In this document: one piece after another, positions 1 through 11,994 of the stretch
Numbering within the stretch: the stretch's first letter is position 1
Layout of the letters: each line of letters opens with the position of its first letter
From: Curvularia clavata
Taxonomy: Eukaryota
Assembly: GCA_023920165.1 (NCBI GenBank)
Contig: CP089278.1
Coordinates: 186,001 to 250,000 of the forward strand
Direction of reading: 5' to 3'
DNA length: 64,000 bases
Position numbers and translations under genes: made by a program
The notes under the pieces: model-generated
The model's database searches: none
What the model was told of the DNA's origin: nothing
The model's input: the letters and a program-made list of their open reading frames with translations, nothing else

Positions 1-341
1 CACTCAGCAGAATGACACAGCCATAACAAACAAGTCCTAATCTCTTATGCGCGCCTTTTCGGCCCTAATATTCAACCCACGTCTTCAGAAGTTGTCCAAT
101 TAGCTCACAATGTCGCGTATGTACACACCATTGTGACCTAATTGGTGCTCACTTATCGATCGCTCAAAGTGGCGCCGAGCTGAAGAACTGGCGTGGGGCT
201 GTGTTAGGCAACGAGCTGAGCTGAAGTTTGTCGCATAACTCCAAACCCCATATAGACTACTTGTATCCACATTTCCCTAGTCCATCTCTTACTTTCAATA
301 GGACACAGCGAAGTGAATAATCAAATATCAAACATTCAATC

Positions 342-2919
342 ATGGAAGGCTCACGCCCCAAGATCGTGTATGGCGAAGAGGCTAAAAGTTATGTCACAGA
401 AGTCCTTGACAACTGCGTCTGGCGCAGAGCGACTGTTGTCGATGGAAAGACATACTGGGCGACGGATGAAACCGGTGGAATCGGCGAGCAAATCCAGGAT
501 GGAAAGTTCAAGGTCCGGCACATGGGGGGTTATCTTCTTCTAGCTCCGATAGATGAAGACGACTCTGATGATCCGGAAGCACGAGCTAAAGCAATCCAAA
601 AGTACGTTGACGCTCTTCAGGCTACACATCGCTAATCCGTCTAGAGAAAATGACGCTCGCGTCACTGCCTTCGTCAAAAGCGTGGCAGAACGCCTTATCA
701 AATTCCATCGGGGTCGTAAAGAACCAGAAGATCAACAGGAAGGAGCTTTCAGAATGTTCACAGAAAAGACAGCGAGCGATATCATCGACAAGATCACACA
801 AGCTTTCGTCGAGATTCTGTCAGAATATGGTCGCGAAGTAACCGCTCAGGATGTCCAAAACATGCTCGATGAAGATGCCATTGCAACTGTCCTTTTCGTC
901 AAGCTCACAGACTTCCTCCCTGACCTTCTGGTGGACAGGGTCCTTGTCACAGATGTTCATGGCTATCTGGACGACGACTTCGACAATCCCGGCCCTGAAT
1001 TGAGGCCTGACAGTCAAATGATCTCGAGTGGCCTTCTCAGCTTCCAAAACAAGGACTTTGAAGGCCTAAGGCAGCGAGTATTGAGAACAAATGTTGAGTC
1101 ACTCCTGCGGCCTCTGAACAGAATGGATGTCAAAGAGAACGATGATGGCTATGAGTCTGATAGTTCGAGGGTATCACAAGAACACTGCCGGATGTCTCCG
1201 TATTATCCTCCTTGTGACGACGATTGCTGGCTGCGACACATACCACTGCAGGGCGAACGAGCCGCTGAAACCAATGCTGCTACGATTGTGACGAAATCGG
1301 TACCTCCAATCTATCAGAGTCTTGAACCAGATTATATCCGTATTCTTACTATCCAGCCAGGGTTGCGCGATACGACCCTCTCATGTGAGCTTACGGCTTG
1401 CTCCATATCAAGTCTGGCCGGAGATGCATCAGGGGTAACAAGTATCCCTTTCAAAGCACTGTCTTACACGTGGGGAGACCCAACACCATGCCACATTATC
1501 AAGTGCAATGGATATGATCTTCCAATTGCCAATAACTTGTATTATGCACTCCAGTATCTTCGAGAGACAGACCGCCCTGTAGCATTCTGGATAGACGCTA
1601 TTTGCATAAACCAGTACGATGTTGCGGAAAAGAGCGAGCAGATTCGTCATATGTACGAAGTATACCAATTTGCCACTCAGGTTGTAGTATGGCTCGGACC
1701 CCATTACGACAACTCTGAGCTAGCCATGCAGAGCATCAATCACTTGGAGAATGCTGACAATCGACACTCAATACTACGACGAGATCATGGAGCGGTTTGC
1801 ATCTCGAATCTCGAGCGGGTGGTGATTTTTCTGGAAAGCTTGTTTCAACGCCAGTGGTTCTCGCGTAGCTGGATAAGGCAAGAGATTGCAGCTGCCCGGA
1901 AAGTCATAGTTAAGTGTGGGAATGATGAGATTCCTTGGAGTTCCCTGAAAAAAATTGCCAATTGCATGTGGAGGTTGCAGGAGAAGATTGTGTCAAGCGG
2001 AAGCGAGGACACGCCACATGTAATTGACAAATTTCGATCCAGCCCTCTCCGATACCTGAGACGAAAGCTCTTCCCCGGTCAATCTCTTGTTTCCGACAAC
2101 GGCGACTTGCGCAGCTTGTGGTACTATCATGCTGGAGGCTTCCTTGATTACTTGATGGTTTCCAGGGTGTTCGAGGCGACGGATCCGAGGGACAAGGTTT
2201 ATGCGGTGCTAGGTATCGCGGATGTACCAATCGAGAGCAACGATTCCCTGGAAGCACATGGCGACCATACCCCAAAGATGCGCGTAGATTACGGCGCGGG
2301 GGTATCCGAAGTGTACCAATACACCGCCAAATACATCATCAACCGTGACCGGAATCTCGACATCTTGTGCATCTTGTCAACCCATCGCGATAAAAACTCG
2401 AGTGATCTTCCGACATGGACACCTGACTGGCGTGTTCCTGTAAGCTCAATCCCGATGTATGCTAACTGGGATTATGTCGGTTACAAGTTTGGGGCTGCAG
2501 GCTTCACGAATGCCCTTTGGCAGAACCAAGATGAAGTTGGCATACTTGTAGCGCAAGGGTTTTTGCTCAGCACAATCACGGAGCTCGTACCACTGGGGAT
2601 TACCTCAATCCCCCATCCGCCAGAGGAGCCAGCGGGTACTGCCGAGAGTTTTGACCCACAGGAGCACCTAAGACGGATGGCGTTGACAAGCAAGGGAAAT
2701 TCCATAGTTCCGTCCCAGGCAGAAGTAGGAGATGAAGTATGGATACTCTGGGGCTGCAAGCTGCCGATTGTCTTGAGGACTGTAGGTGATGCTGGGTGTA
2801 AGGAACAGTCGAAGTATACGGTTGTTGGTCCATGCTATATCCCAGTGTACATGTGGGGCAGGGGACTGAAAGAGTTCCAGGAGGCTAGGGGAGAGGCACG
2901 CAAGATTGTTTTAGTGTAA
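342..2919 (+). CDS. HET-domain (heterokaryon incompatibility, HET-6-like) protein with long N-terminal extension; exons 342-601, 645-2919
   Basis: HET motifs FKALSYTWGD, FWIDAICINQ, YQFATQVVVWLG, WFSRSWIRQE, ATDPRDKVYAVLG and C-terminal GDEVWILWG..IVLR..VVGPCY. A 43-nt intron (GTACGT..GCTAAT..CTAG, 602-644) joins ORF 342 in frame to ORF 553-2919. Confidence 0.88.
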
Positions 2920-3261
2920 TAGTGAGTTCTTTTATCTGAAATGGCTTAGCACCGCACTACCACACGAGTCTACCAAAGCAATTGTTGTATTGGCAAATTA
3001 TGCTTAAATATACTCTGAGACAAATACAATAAGCTTCGTTAAAAACAAGATTATGTAGTTGGAAAGATCTGAAGACTCAAAATTGGTAGATTTGGTTAAT
3101 TTTGGTGGCACAGAGTCCTGCTATTTTTGTCAACAGGGTAGCTGACTGACGTATAGATAATACGCTCAAATTCACGTTGGCCCTTCGCCTACCTTTTGCC
3201 TGCGGCATAAAGGTTTACGACAGCCTGTCTCGTAGAGTAGGGAATACTGTTTTGAAGCGCA

Positions 3262-3310
3262 CCGGTGGTCATCCGGCGCGACTCCGGTAGTCATCCGGTA
3301 CGACTCTGGT
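3262..3310. repeat. Tandem 22-bp duplication containing CCGG every 11 bp
   Basis: ccggtggtcatccggcgcgact / ccggtagtcatccggtacgact / ctggt read directly. Confidence 0.8.
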
Positions 3311-3694
3311 CAATTCATTGGTTCTGAGGTAGTTCGGGCCAAGGCTCCACGCAGGCACCCGGCCTATTACATGGTATACCCCATGCAACCCCAGCTTTAG
3401 GTTCTGGATTAAGCAGTGCATCTGGTTACTCCTCCGCGACACTAAATGAATGTATTGATATTGTCAAGCTCGACTATAACTATCTAGTACATATTGAATA
3501 CCAGGCTAGGAAGGCAATTTACAGATCGGAGAACGAACATGAGGTTTGTGTGATGATGAAATGCAAGTATAAAGGAAAGGAACCGTCCTCGAGCAGACAA
3601 GATACCGCACACAATTCCCACTATTTACAACACTCTTTCCACCATAGCTAATTAAACTTATTCACATTTCTATCCGAACATCACTAATATAAAC

Positions 3695-4123
3695 ATGTTT
3701 GCCGTCCACCTCCTCGCAGGCCTCCTCGCCGCCGCCACTGTCTCCTCCTCGCCTATTACCGAGGACGCTACCCTCACAGCCCGTCAGACCAACTGGACGT
3801 GCCCTGACTTTGGTCGCAACGGCGCTGGTGAACTCGTCGTTACGCCGGCCGACGCCAAGAACGGCCGCTGCTGCACGACGGGCTGGAGCTACGTCTGGGG
3901 CGAAGGCCGGGAAGCATGCTGCCGCAACGACCCGGCCCTGCTCGACGACCCGACTTACAAGTACGCGCTGCCTTGCAGCAGCGAATTTTGGTCTTCGGGC
4001 GATAAGGTTATATTACTGCGAAACTGCAACCTCGAAGACCCGAACAACTACCGTTGCAGTGCCGCCTGCGATGGCGTCCCCTGGCTGTACCCTACCCCCA
4101 AGCCCTGCCAGGCCAAGAACTAA
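3695..4123 (+). CDS. Small secreted cysteine-rich protein (142 aa, 10 Cys), effector-like
   Basis: Hydrophobic signal peptide MFAVHLLAGLLAAATVSS, short pro-region ending LTAR, 10 Cys including two CC pairs, C-rich codon third positions, AAACATG start context, TATAAA near 3568. Confidence 0.8.
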   Translation: MFAVHLLAGLLAAATVSSSPITEDATLTARQTNWTCPDFGRNGAGELVVTPADAKNGRCCTTGWSYVWGEGREACCRNDPALLDDPTYKYALPCSSEFWSSGDKVILLRNCNLEDPNNYRCSAACDGVPWLYPTPKPCQAKN

Positions 4124-4689
4124 GGGATTCTGCCCGACGGCTGTCGCCCTCGGTTGTACCACAAGACCAGGCCTTGCCTGGCTGAGGACTAGGATGTCAT
4201 GCTAGCATTTAGTGGTGGTTTATTGATTAATCTTATTTGTCTATATTACCTTGTCTGGAGAGATCAGATGGCTCGAGGAGAGAATACATGCTGTTGCGTC
4301 TCGAATATCCACCAGTCCCTTCTTGACGTGAATAGCCTAAATCTATGTGTTGTTTTGACCCAAGGAAAACTCAGTGTAGAGGAACCCCTCAGTGTTTGGC
4401 AAACTGGTAAAAATCATTTTAGAAAACAAAAAATCGCTTTCAATGGCTCTTAGTCAAAACTTGGCAAGAAGCACGCATAGGGAGGAGCACGGTTGTTCTC
4501 AAGGCTTATGATTGATTTCGAGTGCAATAAGCTAGTAGGCTCAAGCTGAGATGCCGCTCAAAACAACGCGGTATTGAATGTAAGAAAGGGGTATCATGCG
4601 TGTGACCTAAACGCCGGGAAATGTGTAGCACAATGGATAAAAGCTTGACGGCTCATGTCGCTTCCGATGATTTCGGGAATGAGACCAAC

Positions 4690-5757
4690 TCAATCAGAGT
4701 CATAACCCACTAATGCCGATAGCAGAGCAGGCTTTTTGGATGAGGCAGCATCCTCGGACTTTGCAGGCGATGTTGTAGGGGCTGCTTCCTCATCTGCGGT
4801 GTCCCTCTTCCTCTTCAAAATGCCTAGATTGATTCGCGATGTCGTCCCACTATCTTTTGAAAGAAAAGGATCAATCGCCGCTCTAGTATTGCCAATTAGT
4901 TTCTGTTGTAAGCCTTGCCGGCTCTTTTCTGCTGCCATCTCTGCTTTCAGTTTCCTTGTTTTGGAAGCTGGCTCCATAGGCTTGGCAGGTGTGTCTTCCG
5001 TAAAAAGTGGTTTCCACGACTGGGTTTCGTGCTCTTGGTCATCCTGGATGCTCGCGCCGAACTCGATCAAGCTGGCGCGAGTCCGATCTGTCTCTATCTC
5101 GTCTGCAATATCCAATCCTAAGCTGAATTTGTCCTGCATGCCTTGTTTGTGTGCCTCTTCCTTCTTCCACACCTTTCGCTTCACACGAAAGTCTTTTCTC
5201 AGCCGTGCATTGACGTCGTACGGGTCTCGCCAGACCTCACTTTTGTCGTAAAGTTCCTCAACTCTTTCTCTATGTTTTTTCTCTGCACCCTTTTCTTCAA
5301 GTTTGCCCTCGAGGTTTGCAAAAGCGTCTTCTCTCCGCCGTTGCCGCTCTTCTTCAGTTAAGAATTTCAGCTCGCCCTCAGCCTCTGCTCCTGTGCCACT
5401 AGGCCCGTAGTCTCGCCGCCGCGCACCTTCGACGACTTTGTACTCGCTATTCTTCGGATCTGTTTGAATCTCCCACCAGCCGCCACAGGCGCTATGCTTC
5501 ATGCGAAAACTCCATATAGGCGTACTGTAATAGTTGCCGATTTTCTTCTTTTCCGCGTTGAAACGTACGCCTTGACCTATGATCGCGGGAGGAGTGCAGT
5601 GGTCACACCATACGGCAAAGGGGAGTTCGAAGCGAACAGTGAGGATGCCCTGCGAGATCTTGTTTGCGCGTTTGCCCAGAGGGTGCGAGTTGTTGTTGAA
5701 ACTTGGAGGATTGGAGGCATCGGGCGGATAGTACCGCCCCATATTGAAGCCCTGCAT
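4690..5757 (-). CDS. saf4: CWC16 family (Saf4/Yju2/CCDC130-like) splicing factor
   Basis: MQGFNMGRYYPP, VRFELPFAVWC..C, GVRFNAEKKKIGNYYSTPIWSF, TDPKNSEY motifs; intronless 355-aa ORF. Confidence 0.9.
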   Translation of the reverse strand: MQGFNMGRYYPPDASNPPSFNNNSHPLGKRANKISQGILTVRFELPFAVWCDHCTPPAIIGQGVRFNAEKKKIGNYYSTPIWSFRMKHSACGGWWEIQTDPKNSEYKVVEGARRRDYGPSGTGAEAEGELKFLTEEERQRRREDAFANLEGKLEEKGAEKKHRERVEELYDKSEVWRDPYDVNARLRKDFRVKRKVWKKEEAHKQGMQDKFSLGLDIADEIETDRTRASLIEFGASIQDDQEHETQSWKPLFTEDTPAKPMEPASKTRKLKAEMAAEKSRQGLQQKLIGNTRAAIDPFLSKDSGTTSRINLGILKRKRDTADEEAAPTTSPAKSEDAASSKKPALLSALVGYDSD

Positions 5758-6318
5758 CGTAGTGGGCGGTAATGCACGGGCAGCGCAACGTGCGCGATGT
5801 CATAGGAAATGGGCGTGTTAACTGTAAGAGTGCAAGATTGCTGAGCCCCAGAATTGGCCGCGGAAGTGGATGACATAAGCAGCTAATCGCGTTAAACACA
5901 CCCTTGTCAGTGAGCCCAATGAAGAACCGTATTACGCCCAAGCATGTGACGTCACCCACGTGCTTAAACACACCCTTATCTTGACACCTGGGAAGTTTCC
6001 GGAAATGGAAAGCAGAATAAGCTTTCTCGTTGATTGCAGCACTAAAAGGCTTGTCTCTTTCTGGAGCTAAATAACGCCAGACGCACATAAAACGCGGCTG
6101 ACTCAGGTTCTCGTAACTCTATTCAACATGACGGCTTCACTAGGCGACACTTCTGGGATGCAGACGAAAAATACTCTCAATCATATTCTTTTAGATAGTT
6201 TATACCTTTCTCGCTTCCAGGACGCCACCCAGCTGGTCATTAGAACCAAGAGTAGTCGCGTTGGTCATATCACAACTTTTCACCTCCCTTATTCCTATAA
6301 ACTACACTGTTGAAATAT

Positions 6319-8626
6319 TTAGGCATCGGTATCCGTGATGAGCTTTGTAATCTTTCCAATCGCAATCGTTTGACCCTGGTCACGGAGGGTGAAACGGCCA
6401 AGCTGAGGGTAGTCTTCGAAACGTTCGACGCAAATGCTTCCAGCCGTGCCTGTGACTTGCAACCTTGCGATGATGCTCATGCCCTTGGTCGCGAAACCGG
6501 GCGCTTTCTTCGATCGTCGTCCAGTGCCCTTCTCTAGCTTGTGCAAGAGTGCGCTGATGGTGACCTCTTCCTGTGCGGCATGAACGTGCAGCACGCAATT
6601 GAAACCAGCGGTCAAGATGGACTTGATGTCCAAAAGCACAACCTGCGCCTCGAACTGAGAGACACAGTGAACAGGTCGCTTGGGCGAGCACAGCACGTAG
6701 CCCTACGTATGCATCGTTAATGTCAGGTTCAATGACGTATATTCTTGAAGTGTACTTACAGGCAGAATGTCTTCTTCTTCTACACCTCGGATTCGCACAC
6801 GAATCTGGTCACCGCAAGCTGCGCCCGGAATTTCGTCTTCTTGCTCTCCGAACAAGGCTGAGATGTGGATAGTTTGTCGGTTAGGCATCATGAGATATCT
6901 TGAACTCGTTAATATGTGTCAGCCAGCTCTCGTGCATGAATAACGTACTTGTTCTCCTTCTTGATGATACCAGACTCGATCTTGCCTTCGATCATGGTAC
7001 CCATGTCCTTGTACTTGGCGGCGATTGGCATCATAAAGGGGGCGTTGAGCTTGCGCTCAAGGGCTTGCATGTTGTCCAGGTACTCAAGCAGAGAGGGTCC
7101 ATCATACCAGGGTGCGAGGTTCTAGAAGAAAAGAAGTCAGTGTGGCTGCCCCAGAAATTGTTCATCGACTGTCATACCTTGGGAACACGGGTCTTGATAC
7201 CGGTAAAAGTTTGAGCGCTAACAGGCATCATGCTGATGTCTGTCTTGGGGTTGTATCCAAGACCCTTCAAGAAGGCCACGACCTTGGTGGTGCACTCCTT
7301 GAATCGATCCTCTGACCATTCGACAGTCGGGTCGTCCATCTTGTTTACAACAATCAGAATCTTGTTGACACCCTGAGTCTTGGCCAACATGGCGTGCTCT
7401 CGGGTCTGACCACCCTTTTCGAAACCAGTTTCGTACTCTCCCTTTCGAGCAGAAATGACAAGAATACCAACGTCTGCTTGAGAAGCACCACTGATCATGT
7501 TGGGCACATAGGTCTTATGGCCTGGAGCATCGAGAATCGAGTACCTTCGCTTCTCGGTCTCAAAGAAACCTCTGCCAACCTCGATGGTCTTACCCTGTGC
7601 TCGCTCTTCCTTGTTCAAGTCGAGCGCCCACGAAATGTACCATGTTTCACGACCAGCATCCTTGGCTTCCTTCTTATACTTGTCGAGGGTTCGCTCGTCA
7701 ACCATGCCGGTACTGATGAGGATACTACCACCCAGGGTAGACTTTCCTGCGTCGACGTGACCTAAGAAGATGATGTTGACGTGCTCCTTGCCGTAGATTT
7801 CGGCGAGAGTCGCCTCGTCAACGTCAGCTATTTCGTTTTCGATGTCTTGTTGCTTCGCCATGGCCCTTTCGGGAGCCTTCTCTCTGGGTGTTGGGCTGTT
7901 GCGGCCCGAAGAGGGAGTTGGCGAAGTGCGACCAGATCCTGCTGAGGCTGGGGTGGGTTCTCCGGTCTTCTCAATAGCCTTGGCGGCCGTGACCTTTGTT
8001 CCGGCGTCAATGGTTCCCTTTTCCTTCTCGGCCTTTTCTTTGGCGGCTGATGGAGCTCCTGGAGTTCCGAGACTGAGGACTTTAGTACCGCCCGTCTTTT
8101 CGACCTTGGGGGTAGTGGTGTCTCCGCCAATGGAAAGGACCTTGGCCTTGGGCGCGCTGTCGCCGCCAATGGACAGAACCTTCGCCTTGGGTGCCTCCTT
8201 CTTGGCTTCAGCAGCAGGTGCTGATGGTGCGCCTCCTGAGGCTGTCATATCTGTGTCTCCGCGCTTCGCTATCCGCACAGGGGCCTGGCCTTGGTTTTGC
8301 TGCTGCTGCTGGGGCTGGAAGTTTTGCTGTCCCTGGTATTGTCCGTAGTTGGGGTAGCCTTGTTGCTGGCCATATTGCCCATACTGAGGGTATCCTTGTT
8401 GTTGCTGGTAGTACTGGCCCTGGCCACCGTACTGGTTGTACCCACCGTATTGCTGGTACTGGTTGTAACCGCCCTGATAGCCACCGTATGGCTGGCCAGG
8501 CACAAAGGAGCTCGCGCCAGGCTGGAAGGACTGCGCTCCGGGGGTGAAAGTGGGCGCATTGTTAAGGTTCATGCCTTGCGCCTGCTGCGAGAGGCGCTCC
8601 TCCTCTTGTTCCCAGTTGTCGGCCAT
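6319..8626 (-). CDS. SUP35: Translation termination factor eRF3; exons 8626-7178, 7121-6949, 6898-6760, 6702-6319
   Basis: Q/G/Y/N-rich N-terminus, GHVDAGKS, DAPGH, NKMD GTPase motifs, C-terminal LGRFTLRDQGQTIAIGKI; three introns restore frame (second uses an AAG acceptor). Confidence 0.97.
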
Positions 8627-9166
8627 GGTGATGACGACGGTTTTTTTCGAGTCAAGGGCTGGGTTCGTGGGGGGGTCGTGGAGGGGTGGGGTATGCGCTG
8701 ATAGCGGCGAAACGGTCGACGTGTGAGAAAGTGCAAGTCACACGTGTGCAGATGCGCAAAGAGAGGCCGTGTAGGTGGCGAGGAGGCCCAGGAGCGACGT
8801 GAGGGCTAAATAGGCTGGCGATGGAGTGTCGTCGGCGAAAAGCGAAAATGTTGCCGTGTCGTTGATGCCCACGCAAGGATTTGGCGGGGTCGCCCTCAGT
8901 GGCTGCGTGGGGCTGACTCAGGCGTGAGGCGCTCTCGCTGCCTAACATTGGCCAGGGCTTGGAGAGAAAGAGAGAGAAACAAATAACACGCTCACTACGC
9001 CACCATGTTCCTTTCATTTCCTCGTAGCATTTCGTCATAATCCTTCCTTCGTCTCTTGCACAAGTCGTTTCCACCGGGCCCTATGATCTAATCACAGTTC
9101 TTCTCTCGTTCTCTCACTACAACCGCCTTGTGATACTTCAAACCGAGCACATCTTCATTGGCCAAG

Positions 9167-11495
9167 ATGGACGTCCTGCTCTCAAAGGTATGACTCTTGC
9201 ATGGCGAGTTGGGCGTCATGGATGACCACGGAGTTACTACTTGCGCCCTTTTTTGCCGTCAGCAAACTAACCATATGGCAGGTCACGCAGCAGGCCATGA
9301 GCTATGCCATCAGAAGTGGCATCGCCATCACCAGCCACTACGCGCTCAAGCAATGTGGCCGCCTGATGAAGACCGTTGATGGCCAGGAGAAACAGGAGCT
9401 TGCTGCTCTGCAAATCAGGCTAGATTCCAAAATCAACATCATCTCACCGGCAATCGATATGATCGAATTAATCGCAGCGCGTGGAAACACCTCACTCGAA
9501 TCTGCAGTTGGACTAACCAAGTCCCTGCGATGGGATATCCAAACACTGGGTAGTCGCGTCGAGAAGGCTGTAGTCGAAGAACAACTCACCAGACGAGGGA
9601 GCTCCAGAGCAAAGTCACGTGACCAAAACATTGTCGAACTCAAAGTCATCATTGGAGAGATGAAGAGACTACTGGAGCGTATCGAAGATGCAGTACCGCT
9701 GATTAACCTTGCCATCACCACTTCTGGTGTTAACCTCTCAACCACCCTCCCAGCTACAGTATCGCCATCAAGGCTTCTCCAAGCCAGTACCTTCCTTACT
9801 TCTGGCGACATGCAGTACTGCGCAGCCAAGCCCAGAGCCCAGCAAATAGGACCGACGTTTACGCTATCTATGTATATGCTGTTCTCTGGTCATGCAAATC
9901 GGTCGCATGAGGAGGACTTGCGAGAGACGACTTGGAAAGAGGTCATGCACAAGGCACGCGTAACACTGATGAGGGTACCACTGGACAACGTTTATGACTA
10001 CCCCACACCCTTTGGACAAGACAGCAGCCGAGCTGAAGAATCCCACCACCGCCACATACCATCTGAAAGTGTTTTGCAGGAATTTGCGTATCAACTGCTC
10101 ATTGTCGAGGATTTGGACGACGGACGTATGCATGAATATGAGGATGGCGAGCCAGTGCCTGAGCCTTACGACGGCATACGCCAAGCAGGCGTACGGGAGA
10201 TTATCCCTATTCATGAAGTTGCCAAAATCTTTTACGCAGACACTGGCAAGATCCTCAACATTGGTGCAGATGGGGAGAGCAATAACCCCATTTTGTTGCT
10301 CAAGCGAGATGTCAACGCAGCACCTCCACGGCGCATGATGGAACGAGATACAGAAGGAATCGGCTACGAATCAGACGACTCTCATACTGTTGGCGGCGAT
10401 GAGTCGGATCTGGAGCAAAGCCAGCTAGAAGACCAACTGCGACGCGAATCAACCCCAAACCCGGAACCGCCCTCGCCACAAGAGCCAGAGCAGCCGACGT
10501 ATCCTTGGCGTCTCCCACCCACTCTCGATCTGGAATGGATGGCCTTTGAAGTGTACACAGAGGATCCTTCGACTGATTCAGAAGTTGACGAGACAGAAGA
10601 TTCAGAGGTGGACATCTCATCACCTGCTCCAGCCAATCAGCCAGCGCATAACGACCGTTCAGACTCTACGTCTTTCCTGAGTCGCTTCTCCGCCCTCAAC
10701 CTACATCCCAGTACACCCACGGACTCTCCAATATCCACACCAAACAACCAAGTCATTCCGTCAGCAGAAAAGGCCTCGGTCCCAGCGCCACAGTATACCC
10801 AACCAGCACCAACGAGCCTACCATCCATTAAAACTTCGCTGTCGCTTCTGGAAATGCTGATCCGCTTGACGGCGCTCCAACAATTCCAACAGTCATCTCA
10901 CCTGGCCATTCCAGACGAGTTCCTCAACTTTTTCCTTTCTGACAGCAGTACCGTAGGCGCAGGTGGCGATGCCGAGATGCGCCGTCGTGTGCGTCGTGAA
11001 GCACGCATGCGTGTTGGATTTGATCCGTACGATGAGAGTCCGATTAAACGCCGAGGCGAGGACTATCTCGAGCACGAACTGCATGAGGGGTACGATCCAG
11101 CCATGTCAGGCGGAGATCATGTCGGTTCGTCGTATGACTACGATGGATATCCAACTAGCCGGCGTTCTTCCACGTATTCACGGTCACGTCCCGGCACACC
11201 AGGGCAGTCCCCTTCAATTCCAAATGCTACACCTGGAATGAACGCTCGCGCTATATCTTCTTCTGCATTCGATGTCTCCAGCACAGGTCGATCGTCGATG
11301 TCGCAGAGTAACCTCACATCACCAAGTCCACTGCTTCGCCGCGCAACCACGCAGCCTGGCCAGATTAGGACCCTCAAACAGCCCAGTTTTCGAGGCCATT
11401 CTTCTTCGCGCCACGGACACGATGCTGCTTCTCGAGGACATGAGCTCAGAGGCAGTGCACCACCGGATACACCGCCCGGCACTGTGGAAAGATAG
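9167..11495 (+). CDS. YRB30: RanGTP-binding protein (Yrb30-like); exons 9167-9187, 9282-11495
   Basis: MDVLLSK|VTQQAMSYAIRSGIAITSHYA, AARGNTSLES, VPLINLAITTSG, VSPSRLLQAS, SLSLLEMLIRLTALQ motifs; intron GTATGA..CTAAC..CAG. Confidence 0.85.
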
Positions 11496-11994
11496 ACGTC
11501 CGGCAAAACAAGCAAGATAGACCCGCACTGGGTTTTCAAAGCACATTTCACACTGGGATGGTGTCTCATGCATGGCAGAAATGGATTTTTCTTTTTTACT
11601 TACTTATGACAAGTTATGTGCATGCTTCAAAGCAGCGGGCGTTCGATACCACTTTCCCCCAAATTTGACGATTTAGTATGAGATTCAGGTAGCATAGAAA
11701 TAGCGTAGTATAGATAAACAAGACGCACCACATCGAGTTGCAGCAGAGGCAAGACCAAAAGACCAATCAGACAAAGGGTGTCAAGTTCTGTAGATTCAAA
11801 TCTACTCTGATTACCCTACACTGCTTCCTATTGAGAGAAAGCCAATAGAAAGAGAACTAAGCTCTAAGCTGTTATTGAATAAAACGCCCTGATGAAACGC
11901 CGGTGATAACCCAAGCCCCAGTTTCGGTATTCCTAGTTACGTCGTGCCGGTCCCTACAAAAGGAAATAACAAGCAGACACGCCGGGTATCGTAT

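Noticed and set aside
553..644. ORF-track start at 553 for the HET protein
   Set aside because: An upstream ATG at 342 plus a canonical intron gives a better in-frame model.
9201..9281. ORF-track N-terminus MASWASWMTTELL of the Yrb30-like gene
   Set aside because: Lies within a predicted intron (9188-9281); MDVLLSK from 9167 splices in frame.
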